From Kiritimatiellia bacterium (GTDB taxonomy: Bacteria > Verrucomicrobiota > Kiritimatiellia > RFP12 > UBA1067), in NCBI GenBank assembly GCA_045641645.1, contig JAZUHK010000047.1:51316-115315 (forward strand): DNA of 64,000 nucleotides, in the 5' to 3' direction. Below the pieces are notes generated by a model. It saw only the letters and a program-made list of their open reading frames with translations. It searched no databases and was not told the DNA's origin. Below are positions 1 to 9,527 of this stretch, one piece after another; the stretch's first letter is position 1, and every line of letters starts with the position of its first letter. A program made the position numbers and the translations under genes.

Positions 1-2
1 CC

Positions 3-725
3 GCCTGCGAAGTGCCGGACCCGAATGAAATCGTGGATGCGATGGATGGCTTCTCCGCTACTTCGGGTTCTTCGGCTTTTCACTTCGTCGATGAGGCGAT
101 GCCGCCGAAACTCGTGGAGGGGGTGGCGCGCGAAATCCTGCGCCGCCGGCTCAAATGCATCTGGTGGGGCAATGTCCGCTTTGACCTGGGCTTCACGCCG
201 CAGCTCGTCAAGTTGATGGCCAAGGCGGGGTGTGTGGCGGTCACGGGCGGGCTCGAGTGCGCGAACGACCGGCTCCTGAAGCTGATGAACAAGGGCATTA
301 CGCTTGCTTCTGCAAAGCGGGTGCTGGCGCGTTTTCGCAGTGCGGGCATCCTGGTGCACGGCTATCTGATGTATGGTTTCCCCACCGAGACGGAGGCGGA
401 GGCGTTTGGCGCGCTCGACTTCGTGCGGGGGCTCTTCCGCGAGGGATTGTTGACGAGCGCCTTCTGGCATCGCTTCGCGCTCACCGTCCATTCGCCGATT
501 GCGGCCGAGCCCGGGCGTTTCGGCATCGAAGTCGTTCGTCCGCGGCAAAGGCGCGTCTTCTGCCGCAACGAGCTCGCCTATCGCGAGGCGGGTGCGCCTG
601 ACTGGGGACGGATCGGCAAGGTGCTGGAACTGGCGCTCTACAATTATCTGGAAGGGCGCGGTCTTGGGAAAAGCATGCGGTATTGGCGGCGTGCCGGTGG
701 TTCCAGGGCGGCCGTTGAAGATTGA
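3..725 (+). CDS. C-terminal part of a B12-binding-type radical SAM protein (DUF4070-like tail); 5' end lies outside the window
   Basis: Open frame runs to the window edge. The translation (…TGGLECANDRLLKLMNKGIT…GYLMYGFPTETEAE…SAFWHRFALTVHSP) resembles the C-terminal region of class-B radical SAM enzymes. Confidence 0.5.
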   Translation, partial: ACEVPDPNEIVDAMDGFSATSGSSAFHFVDEAMPPKLVEGVAREILRRRLKCIWWGNVRFDLGFTPQLVKLMAKAGCVAVTGGLECANDRLLKLMNKGITLASAKRVLARFRSAGILVHGYLMYGFPTETEAEAFGALDFVRGLFREGLLTSAFWHRFALTVHSPIAAEPGRFGIEVVRPRQRRVFCRNELAYREAGAPDWGRIGKVLELALYNYLEGRGLGKSMRYWRRAGGSRAAVED

Positions 726-897
726 AGATCGTGCCATTTGTCCGATGCCGCGGAAGCGGTTGGGTTGCTCGTGGTCGGCGAGAATGAGAATTTCCCGAAT
801 CTGCATACGGAAATGACGGCATATTCGGCGGTGATTGAAAAGTGCAATTATGTTGATTGCAACCGGTTCGTTTTGCGAGGAACGAGCAAAACTAACC

Positions 898-921
898 GAT
901 TGCGTCCCCGATTGCGTCCCC
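898..921. repeat. Perfect 12-bp tandem direct repeat gattgcgtcccc x2, immediately upstream of the pyrH promoter
   Basis: Seen directly: gattgcgtcccc gattgcgtcccc. Confidence 0.8.
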
Positions 922-924
922 GCT

Positions 925-953
925 TTGCAATCCGATCGGAAATATAGTATAAT
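925..953 (+). promoter_or_regulatory. Near-consensus sigma70 promoter TTGCAA-N17-TATAAT upstream of pyrH
   Basis: ttgcaa at 925-930 and tataat at 948-953 with a 17-nt spacer. The first in-frame start (GTG 961) is only ~8 nt downstream, implying a leaderless or very short-leader mRNA. Confidence 0.45.
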
Positions 954-960
954 TCCAATC

Positions 961-1689
961 GTGAAAAAACATCTTCCTCAGGTGAAGTACCGCCGGATCC
1001 TCCTGAAGCTCTCCGGCGAAGTTCTCGCTAACCGCGAGACGGGCGAATGCATTGACCCGAAGAATCTCGCCTTCATGGCGGAGCGGATCAAGAAAATCCA
1101 CGCGCTGGGCGTGGAAGTGGGCATCGTCCTCGGCGGCGGCAATATCTTCCGCGGGCTTACGGGCGCGGGGAAGGGCGTCAACCGCGTGACGGGCGATTCG
1201 ATGGGCATGCTCGCGACGATCATCAATGCGCTCGCGATGATGAACGCGCTCGAGTCGATCGGAGTTCCTACGCGCGTCATGACGGCAATCGAAATGCCGA
1301 AACTCGCCGAGCCCTTCATTCAGCGCCGGGCGCTGCGCCATCTGGAGAAGGGGCGCGTCGTCATTTTCGGCGGCGGCACGGGAAACCCCTATTTCTCCAC
1401 CGATTCGGCGGCGGCGCTGAAGGCGAGCGAAATCGGCGCGGACGCGCTGCTCAAGGCCACGAAGGTCGATGGCATCTACACGGCCGATCCCAAGAAGGAT
1501 CCGAAGGCGAAGAAGTACGGGTCGCTCAAGTACGAAACCGCGCTGGAGAAGCGGCTCAAGGTGATGGACTCCGCCGCCTTCGCCCTGTGCATGGACAACA
1601 ACATCCCGATCATCGTTTTCGATTTCTTCGACCCGCGCGCGCTGGAAGGCGTGGTCAAGGGCCGGACGATCGGCACGATTGTGAGCTGA
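961..1689 (+). CDS. pyrH: UMP kinase
   Basis: [12 protein letters not shown]…GGGNIFRG…[14 protein letters not shown] motifs are classic UMP kinase. The ORF track starts at 835, but that N-terminal extension would cover the promoter; GTG 961 gives the canonical N-terminal length. Confidence 0.85.
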   Translation: MKKHLPQVKYRRILLKLSGEVLANRETGECIDPKNLAFMAERIKKIHALGVEVGIVLGGGNIFRGLTGAGKGVNRVTGDSMGMLATIINALAMMNALESIGVPTRVMTAIEMPKLAEPFIQRRALRHLEKGRVVIFGGGTGNPYFSTDSAAALKASEIGADALLKATKVDGIYTADPKKDPKAKKYGSLKYETALEKRLKVMDSAAFALCMDNNIPIIVFDFFDPRALEGVVKGRTIGTIVS

Positions 1690-1728
1690 AACTCGGGAAC
1701 GCTTGGATTTTTTCACGAAAGGAAGAAC

Positions 1729-2292
1729 ATGGAAACCGTTGCAGAAGTAATTAACGACGCGAATCAGAAAATCAACAAGAGCTTCGACGCCCTGAAGTCG
1801 CAGTTCGCGGGGCTCCGCACGGGCAAGGCCTCGCCGGCGATGGTCGATCAGATCAAGGTCGAATACTACGGCTCGCAGATGCCGATCAAGAATCTCGGCA
1901 CGATCTCCACGCCCGAGCCGCGGCAGCTCAAGATCACGCCCTTCGACCCTACGGTCATCGAGGCGATGAACAAGGCGATCCTTGCCGCCAACATCGGGGT
2001 CACTCCCCAGACCGACGGCAAGGTGCTGCGCATCACCGTGCCCGAACTTAACGAAGAGCGGCGCAAGGAGATCGTGAAGGTCGCCAAGACCCAGGCCGAA
2101 GCCCAGAAGGTGGCGATGCGCAACGTGCGTCGCGACGCGAACGAAGCGGCCAAGAAGCTGGAGAAGGACAAGAAGATCTCCGAAGACGAGCTCAAGGCCG
2201 CGCTCGACAAGATCCAGAAGGCGACCGACGCCGGCATCGCCAAGATCGACGCCGAACTCAAGGCCAAAGAGTCCGAGGTGATGGCCGTTTAA
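1729..2292 (+). CDS. frr: Ribosome recycling factor
   Basis: 187 aa directly downstream of pyrH (conserved pyrH-frr synteny). Charged helical RRF-like sequence (…LNEERRKEIVKVAKTQAEAQKVAMRNVRRDA…). Confidence 0.85.
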   Translation: METVAEVINDANQKINKSFDALKSQFAGLRTGKASPAMVDQIKVEYYGSQMPIKNLGTISTPEPRQLKITPFDPTVIEAMNKAILAANIGVTPQTDGKVLRITVPELNEERRKEIVKVAKTQAEAQKVAMRNVRRDANEAAKKLEKDKKISEDELKAALDKIQKATDAGIAKIDAELKAKESEVMAV

Positions 2293-2317
2293 GTTTTTTG
2301 AGAAAAGGGGGTTAAGC

Positions 2318-3364
2318 ATGGCTGAAAGTCCGCTCTCGCCGATAACGCCAATCACGCCGCCGCGTCCGCGCGCGCCAACGGTGAAGGCCGCACCCGCTCC
2401 CGCTGCGGCAGCGGCTTCTGCTCCTGCTTCCGAGCCCGTTGCGCCGCCGCCAGTGGCGCATCCGCTGGGTTCGCCAGCGGCGGAGAAGCCCGCCACCCTG
2501 AAGTTAAAGCCGGTTCTGCGGCAGGTTACGGTCGAGCGGACGCAGCAGATCGTGATGCCCGAGCCGAGCGTGGCGGAATTCAAGGCCGCTCCGCAACTTC
2601 GCGAAGTGACTACCCGCATTCCCGAAGTGGCGCTGGCGAACGACAGTCCCATGGACGCCCTCAAGCGCGTCACTCAGGATCTCAAGGGCATCACTTCTCC
2701 CATTTCCGATTCCGCGTTGGCGGCGGGCGCGGGCAAGTTGGACGCGGCGGCATTGGCGGCGGCGGCGAAGACGCGCACGGCGCGCATCACCCTCTCGGGT
2801 GGCGCTCCCGCAGTGCAGAAGCCGAGTCCCACGCCGACGCAGTCCAAGACGATTCGCATCAAGCGCCCGGTAGTGGGCGGCGCGCCTTCGCCGACTGTCG
2901 CTCCCGCTCCGCAACCGCAATCGGCCGGGCCCGCGGCAGCTCCGGTCGCCCCGGCGGAGGCCGAGAAGCCGGCCGCGGAAGCGCCGGCGGAGACTCCGCC
3001 GGCCAATGCCCCGGCGACGACGGTCACCCAGCGCAAGACGCTCAAGATCGCCCGTCCCGGCAAGGTGGCGAAGCCCTCGGCCAAGCCCATTGCCAAGAAG
3101 CCCGCGAATGAAAGTGCCGAACCGCCTGCGGAAGGCGAAGTCGCCGACATTCCCGAGATGGAGGCGGAGGAGAAGCCGGCTGCTTCGGCGCCGGTGCCGC
3201 CGCCGCATGCGGGGCAGGGCGGTCGGGTTGCCGATGTTCCCAACGGCGTCGCCGTGATGGGACTGATCCTGCAGGTGGCGGCGTGCGCGGTGATGGGTTA
3301 TCTCGGCTGGTGTCTCTATAACGACTGGCAGCTGCCGTTCTTCTGCGGCGGGTGCGCCCTGTGA
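2318..3364 (+). CDS. Pro/Ala-rich low-complexity protein with a C-terminal hydrophobic/Cys segment; function unknown
   Basis: 348 aa with an extreme Ala/Pro bias, repeated K(T/L)(L/I)(K/R)I(K/A)RP motifs, and a C-terminal VMGLILQVAACAVMGYLGWCLY…CGGCAL. Its end overlaps the next gene start (coupling). Confidence 0.45.
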   Translation: MAESPLSPITPITPPRPRAPTVKAAPAPAAAAASAPASEPVAPPPVAHPLGSPAAEKPATLKLKPVLRQVTVERTQQIVMPEPSVAEFKAAPQLREVTTRIPEVALANDSPMDALKRVTQDLKGITSPISDSALAAGAGKLDAAALAAAAKTRTARITLSGGAPAVQKPSPTPTQSKTIRIKRPVVGGAPSPTVAPAPQPQSAGPAAAPVAPAEAEKPAAEAPAETPPANAPATTVTQRKTLKIARPGKVAKPSAKPIAKKPANESAEPPAEGEVADIPEMEAEEKPAASAPVPPPHAGQGGRVADVPNGVAVMGLILQVAACAVMGYLGWCLYNDWQLPFFCGGCAL

Positions 3365-4236
3365 GGCGGTTTTCGGCCATTGCCCGGGCAACGGCGCTGG
3401 AGATCTTCTCCGAGCCGTTCGTCCTTTTGGTCACGCTTGCGGCGCTGGCGTTGGAAGTGCTGGCGCCGGCCATGCATTACCATCAGTTCGGTGAACCGAC
3501 CCGGATGGCGCGCGACGCGGTCATTTCCTCGGTTCTCGTGGGCTCGCTGGTGATCGCCGTCTTCGGTACGGCCAAGACCTGGCGGCGCGAGGTGGAGTCG
3601 GGAACGGCGCTGGTGGCGTTGGCGCATTCCGTCTCGCGGACTTCGTTTTTCTTCGCGAAGACCGCCGGGGCTGCGCTGGCGGTGCTGGCCTTCGCGCTGG
3701 CGGCGACGGGCGTGGGGCTTACGATGGTGAACGGGGCGGCGATCGGCGGGGCGGTGGGCAATTCGGCCGCGATGCTCGAACGGCTCTGGGGGCCATCGCT
3801 CGCGGTGGCGCTGGCGGCGATCGTCCTGCCGGTCTTTGCGGCGGCGGCGCTCAATCGCTTCGGCCGCTTCCGCTATGTGCTGACGGCGAATGCGTTGGCG
3901 TTGGCGCTGGGGGTGGCGGGGGTTCTCTATCGCTTCGACTTCGCGTTGGCCGCGAAGATGACGCCGGTTTTCGTTGTGGCCGCGATGCCTGCCTTTTTCT
4001 TCCTGGCGGTCGCTTCGGCGGCGGCGGCCGGCTTGCGGATGAATGCCGCGCTTTCGCTCACGGCGCTCGTCTTCGCGGCGTTTCTGCCGTTCCTGGGGAA
4101 CTACTGTCTCTCGGATGCCGTTGCCTACGAACGGTCGCTTTCGCCGGTTCGGGTGCTGTGGACGCTTTTGGCGCTGATGCCGGCGATTGGCGCGGCGCTG
4201 CTCGCCGGGACGATGGTGGCGGAGAGGAAGTTGTGA
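3352..4236 (+). CDS. Polytopic membrane protein, ABC-2-type permease-like
   Basis: About 8 predicted transmembrane helices, sitting immediately upstream of an ABC ATPase. Confidence 0.55.
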   Translation: MRPVRRFSAIARATALEIFSEPFVLLVTLAALALEVLAPAMHYHQFGEPTRMARDAVISSVLVGSLVIAVFGTAKTWRREVESGTALVALAHSVSRTSFFFAKTAGAALAVLAFALAATGVGLTMVNGAAIGGAVGNSAAMLERLWGPSLAVALAAIVLPVFAAAALNRFGRFRYVLTANALALALGVAGVLYRFDFALAAKMTPVFVVAAMPAFFFLAVASAAAAGLRMNAALSLTALVFAAFLPFLGNYCLSDAVAYERSLSPVRVLWTLLALMPAIGAALLAGTMVAERKL

Positions 4237-4273
4237 GTTGGAGTGAAAAGTTGGAGTTGGAGCAATGGCGGAT
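4236..4273. repeat. GGAG-rich spacer gagttggagtgaaaagttggagttggagcaatggcgga; near-identical copy at 41309-41347
   Basis: About 33 of 38 positions identical to the second locus. It ends at the ATG of the ABC ATPase. Confidence 0.7.
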
Positions 4274-5023
4274 GCGATTATCGAACTTAAGGGAGTTGCC
4301 AAGACCTTTCGCGATTTCTGGCTGCGGCCGACGGTGAAGGCCGTTTCCGGGCTTGATCTTACGGTGTCGCGCGGCGAGGTCTTCGGGCTTTTGGGGCCGA
4401 ACGGCAGCGGCAAATCGACGACCATCAAGATGATTCTCGGGCTGCTCAAGCCGGAGGCGGGGACGGTGCGGCTCTTCGGGCTTTCTCCGCGTGCGGTGAA
4501 GTCGCGGCAGAAGCTCGGCTATCTCCCCGAACTCAGCTATCTGCATCCGTTCCTTACGGCGCGGGAAACGCTGATGTACTATGCCGGGCTTTCGAATCTC
4601 GACCGCAAGACGGCCTCGTCGCGGGCGGCGGAGCTCCTTAAGATGGTGAAGCTGGAGGAGGTGGCGAATCGCCCGGTGGGCGGCTTTTCCAAGGGGATGG
4701 CGCGGCGGGTGGCGCTCGCTTCGGCGCTTATCGGCAAACCCGAGCTTCTCGTCCTGGACGAGCCCACCTCGGGGCTTGATCCGGTTTCGACCAAGGAGGT
4801 GAAGACCCTGGTGAAGGCGTTGGCGAAGGGCGGGATGACGGTGCTTACCACTTCGCATCTCCTCGCGGATGCGGAGGATATTTGCGACCGCGTGGCGATT
4901 CTCAACCATGGCGAGAAGGCGGCGGAGGGCCGGGTGGCGGAACTGGGGTCGAGCTTGGAGGATTTCTTCCTTGCGAAAGTCGGAGAGGCGGATGAATTCG
5001 TTTTGGCGGATTTTCTCGCTTGA
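4265..5023 (+). CDS. ABC transporter ATP-binding protein
   Basis: Walker A GPNGSGKST, signature-like FSKGMARR, Walker B LLVLDEPTSGLD, H-loop TSHLL. Confidence 0.9.
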   Translation: MADAIIELKGVAKTFRDFWLRPTVKAVSGLDLTVSRGEVFGLLGPNGSGKSTTIKMILGLLKPEAGTVRLFGLSPRAVKSRQKLGYLPELSYLHPFLTARETLMYYAGLSNLDRKTASSRAAELLKMVKLEEVANRPVGGFSKGMARRVALASALIGKPELLVLDEPTSGLDPVSTKEVKTLVKALAKGGMTVLTTSHLLADAEDICDRVAILNHGEKAAEGRVAELGSSLEDFFLAKVGEADEFVLADFLA

Positions 5024-6251
5024 GCTCAAGGCGTTTGTCCGCTCGAAGGCCCTTGCGCTGCTGGTGATCGCCGCCGTCGGGTGGATGTTGCTCGCTCCCT
5101 TCGTCTTCCGGGGGGACGGTACGGCCGAGGGCGCGCGGACGCTCGTCATCCACTATTCCCTCGGCGGTGTCGCCGCGCTCCTCGCGGTGGCGTTGACGGC
5201 TACGGCCACGGGACCGCTCGCCAAGGAGCGGGAAGCCAGGCGCCTGCAGCTGACGATGGTGCGTCCGGTCAGGTATTTCACGATTGCGCTCGGCAAGATC
5301 TGCGCGCTCTCGCTGATGGGTTTGCTGATTCTCGCGCTGGCTGCGGCCGTGGAGCTCATGCGGGCGGACGGCTCCCGCCGGTGCCGGCATCTCTATCGGC
5401 CGGTCCTCATGAGTCCGCGGGCCGAGGCAGAACTCCTCTATCCGCATTACATGGCCGATCCCGAGACGCCGGAGGCGGCGAAACGCGCGCCGAAGGAGAC
5501 GATCCTCCGCCTTCTCGTGCAGCGCGCCTGCGACCGTTACCAGACGGTGGATACCAACGAGACGGCGGTCTGGCACTTCCGCTTGCCGGCCGCGCTTGCC
5601 GAACGTCCGCGCGAAGTGCGGTTGCGCTTCACCAACAATTACGATCTCCGCGATGACGTCCGGGGGGAACTCCGCTTCGAGGCGTGGAGGGGGCTGGCGA
5701 GCAACATCACGCAGACGGTGACGGAGATACCGCTCGCGCAAGTCGCCGGGGAGGCGGCGGGGGCGGCAGGGGAGCTTGCCTTTGCGAATTGCGGCAAGAA
5801 TCCGCTGATGCTCCGTCCGCGCCGGGATGTCGAACTCCTCGTCCATGCCGACGGTTTCCGGCCGAATCTCGTCCGGGCGGTGCTGGAGCTGGCGGCGCTC
5901 ATTATGCTGCTCGTCGCCTTCGGGGTTTTCCTGGGGGCGGGATTGGGACGGCCGGTGGCGCTCTTCGTGGCGCTGGTGGTGCTGCTGCTCGGGGAGATGA
6001 CGCCGAGCGTGGTCGAACAGTATCCCGATCAGCTGGAGGAGGATGCGGTCGATCGGGTGGGGCTGGTGATTACGCGGGCCGCGGCGCGGATCACCCACCC
6101 GTTCAGTTCGCTCCGGCCGCTGGCGGCGCTCGCCGCCGACGAATGCGTGGAACCGCGCGAGCTGCTGCGGGTGCTCGCTGCGAATGTCGTTTTCTTCCCG
6201 CTGGTCTTTTCGCTTTTGACCGCGCTCGTCCTGCCGCGAAAGCACGAATGA
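4992..6251 (+). CDS. ABC-2 family permease-like membrane protein with a large soluble domain
   Basis: Transmembrane helices at the N- and C-termini with a central non-membrane domain. The ATG at 4992 was chosen because the ORF start at 4869 overlaps the upstream ATPase by ~150 nt. Confidence 0.5.
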   Translation: MNSFWRIFSLELKAFVRSKALALLVIAAVGWMLLAPFVFRGDGTAEGARTLVIHYSLGGVAALLAVALTATATGPLAKEREARRLQLTMVRPVRYFTIALGKICALSLMGLLILALAAAVELMRADGSRRCRHLYRPVLMSPRAEAELLYPHYMADPETPEAAKRAPKETILRLLVQRACDRYQTVDTNETAVWHFRLPAALAERPREVRLRFTNNYDLRDDVRGELRFEAWRGLASNITQTVTEIPLAQVAGEAAGAAGELAFANCGKNPLMLRPRRDVELLVHADGFRPNLVRAVLELAALIMLLVAFGVFLGAGLGRPVALFVALVVLLLGEMTPSVVEQYPDQLEEDAVDRVGLVITRAAARITHPFSSLRPLAALAADECVEPRELLRVLAANVVFFPLVFSLLTALVLPRKHE

Positions 6252-6297
6252 GCAGCGAGAAGCCGGTGCGGACCCGTTATCGAGAGGAGGACTGAAA

Positions 6298-6897
6298 ATG
6301 GCCAGGAAGGTTGATCATGCCGAGCGGCGGCGGGAGATCGCCGAGAAGGCGCTGCGGCTTTTTTCGCAGGTGGGGTACGAGAACGTCTCGCTCATCATGA
6401 TCGCGTCGGCGGCGGGGGTTTCGCGTACGGTCCTCTACCGCTATTTCTGCTCGAAGCGCGAAATCCTCGACGCGGCGATCCTGACGGTGACCGGCGACAT
6501 CGAGCGGCGGTGCTCGAAGATCGTCTCTTCGCGCGAGAAGGCGGTGGTCAAGCTCGAGCGCGTCTGCCAGACGGTCGTGGAGGTGATGTTCGAGAACAAG
6601 GCGTTCCTGGTGGCGGTGTTCGACTTCGTGGTGGGGATGGTGCGCACGGGGGCGGACATGAGCAGCAACATCTGCTCGTTCACCACCGGAACGCGCGATG
6701 TCCTGAAGCTGCTGATCGCGCATGCGAAGGCGGCGGGCGAGATTCCGGAAGTGCTGGTGGTCGAACGCATATCCGATGCGTTTTACGCGCAGTTCGAATC
6801 GGCGGCGATGCGCATCGTGATGGGCACGGAGCGCACTGCCGATGCGGCGAAGAAGCGTTTCGCCGACGCCATTCGGGCGATCTCGATCTGGCGGTAA
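6298..6897 (+). CDS. TetR/AcrR family transcriptional regulator
   Basis: N-terminal helix-turn-helix …FSQVGYENVSLIMIASAAGVSRTVLYRYFCSKREIL…, ~200 aa. Confidence 0.8.
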   Translation: MARKVDHAERRREIAEKALRLFSQVGYENVSLIMIASAAGVSRTVLYRYFCSKREILDAAILTVTGDIERRCSKIVSSREKAVVKLERVCQTVVEVMFENKAFLVAVFDFVVGMVRTGADMSSNICSFTTGTRDVLKLLIAHAKAAGEIPEVLVVERISDAFYAQFESAAMRIVMGTERTADAAKKRFADAIRAISIWR

Positions 6898-6945
6898 TGC
6901 CGGATGGCGGGCATGCGGATGCCGGTGAAGGTGAGGAGGTGACAT

Positions 6946-8112
6946 ATGGCTGGAACGATACTATTGATGGTGCTGGCGTCGGCGGCGATTACGTTCGCCG
7001 TGACGATGCTTTTCGTAGCGAAGGCGAAGGAACGGCTGTTCGCCGAGAAGGAGCGCGTGTTCGCGGAGATGACGCGGACCTTGCGTGAGCAGTTCGCCAA
7101 TCTGGCCGAACGCAAGCTCAAGGCCTCGACGGAGGGGCTTTCCGACCTTAATCGCAAGCAGATCGGCGAGATCGTCCGCCCGTTTCAGGAGGAGCTCGAC
7201 AAGTTCCGTCAGGCGTTCGAGGCGAACCGCCAGCAACAGGTGGCGAACAAGGCGAGCTTCGAGCAGGCGATCTCCGATCTCGGCCGGCGCGCCATGCAGA
7301 TCGGGACCGATGCCGAGAATCTCGCCAAGGCCCTCAAGTCGGAGTCGAAGACGCAGGGCGACTGGGGCGAAATGGTCCTCGCGAACATCCTCGCGGCGGC
7401 AGGGCTCAAGGAGGGGATTGACTTCATTCCGCAGGCGCAGGAAGCGGATGCCGCGGGCAACCGGCTGATTCCGGATGTGGAGATTCCGCTTCCGAACAGG
7501 GAGAAGCTGTTGATCGACTCCAAGGCGTCGGTGACGGCGTACCTCGATTACGTGGCTGCGCAGGACGAGGCGGCGAAGGACCGGGCGGTCAAGGAGCATG
7601 TCGCGTCAGTCCGCAAGCACATGGACGAACTCGCCGACAAGGATTACGTCAAGAAGGTGCGCGGCTCGCAGGGTTATATCCTGATGTTCATCCCGAACGA
7701 GGGAAGCTACCTCTTGGCGATGGAGCACGACCGGAAGCTCGCGACGGATGCGTTTAGGCGGCATGTCATCATCGTCAATCCGACGACCTTGCTCCTCTGC
7801 CTCCAGATCGTGGCGCTCCTCCGGTCGCGCGAAGCGCAGAACGAGAACGCGGAAAGGATTTCCGTCGCCGCGGCGAAGATGTACGAGAAGTTCGTCGGCT
7901 TCTCCGATACGTTTGCCGACCTCGGCAAGCGCGTACAAGGGCTTGCGGACGCCTATAACAAGGCGAACGGCCAGCTTTGCGACGGCAACGCCAATGTCAT
8001 CCGCCAGTTGGAACGGCTGAAGGAGATGGGCATCGTCACGACGAAGACGATCAATTCCAGGATGCTGGACGACGCGCTCGCGGCCGAAGCGGATTCCCCG
8101 AAACACCAGTGA
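6946..8112 (+). CDS. rmuC: DNA recombination protein RmuC
   Basis: N-terminal transmembrane helix then a long coiled coil, plus a conserved RmuC C-terminal block (…GSQGYILMFIPNEGSYL…IIVNPTTLLLCLQIV…). Confidence 0.8.
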   Translation: MAGTILLMVLASAAITFAVTMLFVAKAKERLFAEKERVFAEMTRTLREQFANLAERKLKASTEGLSDLNRKQIGEIVRPFQEELDKFRQAFEANRQQQVANKASFEQAISDLGRRAMQIGTDAENLAKALKSESKTQGDWGEMVLANILAAAGLKEGIDFIPQAQEADAAGNRLIPDVEIPLPNREKLLIDSKASVTAYLDYVAAQDEAAKDRAVKEHVASVRKHMDELADKDYVKKVRGSQGYILMFIPNEGSYLLAMEHDRKLATDAFRRHVIIVNPTTLLLCLQIVALLRSREAQNENAERISVAAAKMYEKFVGFSDTFADLGKRVQGLADAYNKANGQLCDGNANVIRQLERLKEMGIVTTKTINSRMLDDALAAEADSPKHQ

Positions 8113-8141
8113 ATGCGTTGACTGCGAATTTGTTCTTGCAG

Positions 8142-9527
8142 ATGCGCCGCGGACAGGTTGCGCTTTATCTGCTGACGGCTCTTGTCGCGCTTACGCTCCT
8201 GGTGGTGATGAACGCGCGGATCTTCCTCGCCGTCCGCTCCCGTAACCGCGTCGAAAACGCCGGCGACGCCGCCGCGCTTGCGGCCGCGCGCGCCCAGGGC
8301 GAAGCGCTGAACGCGATGGGATGGCTTAACCTTGAGCATATCGTCGCCGCGGCGGCGGGCGACGCGGCGAGATGCGAGGAGCTGGTGTTGCGCGCGCGGC
8401 GGGAGGCGCTCCTCGGGCCCGTTCGGGCGATTCGGGCTGCGAGCGAAGCGGCGAAGCTCAACGGGCTTTCCGAGAACCCCGACTTCACCGCCTGCGTTCG
8501 CGAACACGCCGAGACCGTGCGCACGCTTTACGCGCACCAGTTGGATGCGGACGGCGAACCTTATCCCGAGCCCTACCCTGGCGCCTGGGAGGAATATGCC
8601 GCGGCCCTTGAGGAAAGCGCCGCGGACGGTCTCGCGGCGGGGCCGGACAACACCGAGTATTTCGGCGCCCTCGGCGGGCATGTCCTGCTCGATCACAACT
8701 TCTACTACGCCGTCGCGGGCGAAACCTGGTGCTGGTTCAATTCGCACGCGAAGGGGCTCCTTGAGAGCTATCGCGACTATCGTTCGTGGCCGCCGCTCCC
8801 GAAGGCGAAGCGCGACGGCTTCAACGGTTCGGAGTTCTTTCCGCTGCATCTCAAGCCCTGGAAGGGGGCGCTCACGAATCTCATCTCGCGCGCGGAGATC
8901 TTCGAGCTCGCGGAGGAGTTCCTGGGGCGGCGTCCGGAGCCGCCGCCGCTCTTCGTCGAGGATCTGCTGGGTGACGAGGAGCAGGTCTGGTTTCTCTTCG
9001 ACGAGGAAATCTGGCGGCATTGGGTGGAGATCAGCCCCAAGGCGGAAGAAGATCATTTCCCGTTTCCGGTCGTCGCGGAAGCGAAGGAGGAGTACGATGT
9101 CCGCGGGGCGGCCGTCGTCACCCGCTGTGCGGCGGACGGCTTTTCCTGGTCGGCGGCGGCCAAGCCCTTCGGGTGCCTCAGGACGCGCGACGGCGGCGCG
9201 GAGGTGGTGACGGCGCGCGCGCGGCTGGCGTTGCCCGTCTTTGACGCGGTGCGTCTCGTGCCGCTTGATGCGGTGGGCGGCGGGGGACTGGGTTCGGCAG
9301 ATTACGCCTGGGCGAATCATGTCCGACGCCATCTCTACCACTATGTGGACGGCGGACCGGACATGCGCAACTGCTTTTACTGCCAGCAGCTGCTGCGGTG
9401 GGAAAACGAGCTTTTCCGGCTTAAGGGGATCAACTGGCTTAAGTTCCATGCCGGCGACTGCAACCGACCGGTGCGCGGCGGCGGTGGCGGCGGCGGACGA
9501 GGAGGAGGCACTGCGCATGGTCACTGA
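8142..9527 (+). CDS. TadE/TadG-like (Flp pilus-assembly family) membrane-anchored protein
   Basis: N-terminal MRRGQVALYLLTALVALTLLVV followed by …RNRVENAGDAAALAAARAQ, the hallmark of the TadE/G-like N-terminal domain. The ATG at 8142 is preferred over the long ORF start at 7977. Confidence 0.55.
   Translation: MRRGQVALYLLTALVALTLLVVMNARIFLAVRSRNRVENAGDAAALAAARAQGEALNAMGWLNLEHIVAAAAGDAARCEELVLRARREALLGPVRAIRAASEAAKLNGLSENPDFTACVREHAETVRTLYAHQLDADGEPYPEPYPGAWEEYAAALEESAADGLAAGPDNTEYFGALGGHVLLDHNFYYAVAGETWCWFNSHAKGLLESYRDYRSWPPLPKAKRDGFNGSEFFPLHLKPWKGALTNLISRAEIFELAEEFLGRRPEPPPLFVEDLLGDEEQVWFLFDEEIWRHWVEISPKAEEDHFPFPVVAEAKEEYDVRGAAVVTRCAADGFSWSAAAKPFGCLRTRDGGAEVVTARARLALPVFDAVRLVPLDAVGGGGLGSADYAWANHVRRHLYHYVDGGPDMRNCFYCQQLLRWENELFRLKGINWLKFHAGDCNRPVRGGGGGGGRGGGTAHGH

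Noticed and set aside
892-2673. 593-aa minus-strand ORF overlapping pyrH and frr
   Set aside because: It is antisense to two well-supported conserved genes. The translation is Arg/Gly/Ala-rich with no domain features, as expected from shadow ORFs in high-GC DNA.
6277-6945. 222-aa minus-strand ORF opposite the TetR gene
   Set aside because: His/Arg-rich low-complexity translation antisense to a clear TetR HTH protein.
7953-9524. 523-aa minus-strand ORF opposite rmuC and the TadG-like gene
   Set aside because: Shadow ORF in GC-rich DNA; no motifs; the plus-strand genes have clear family signatures.
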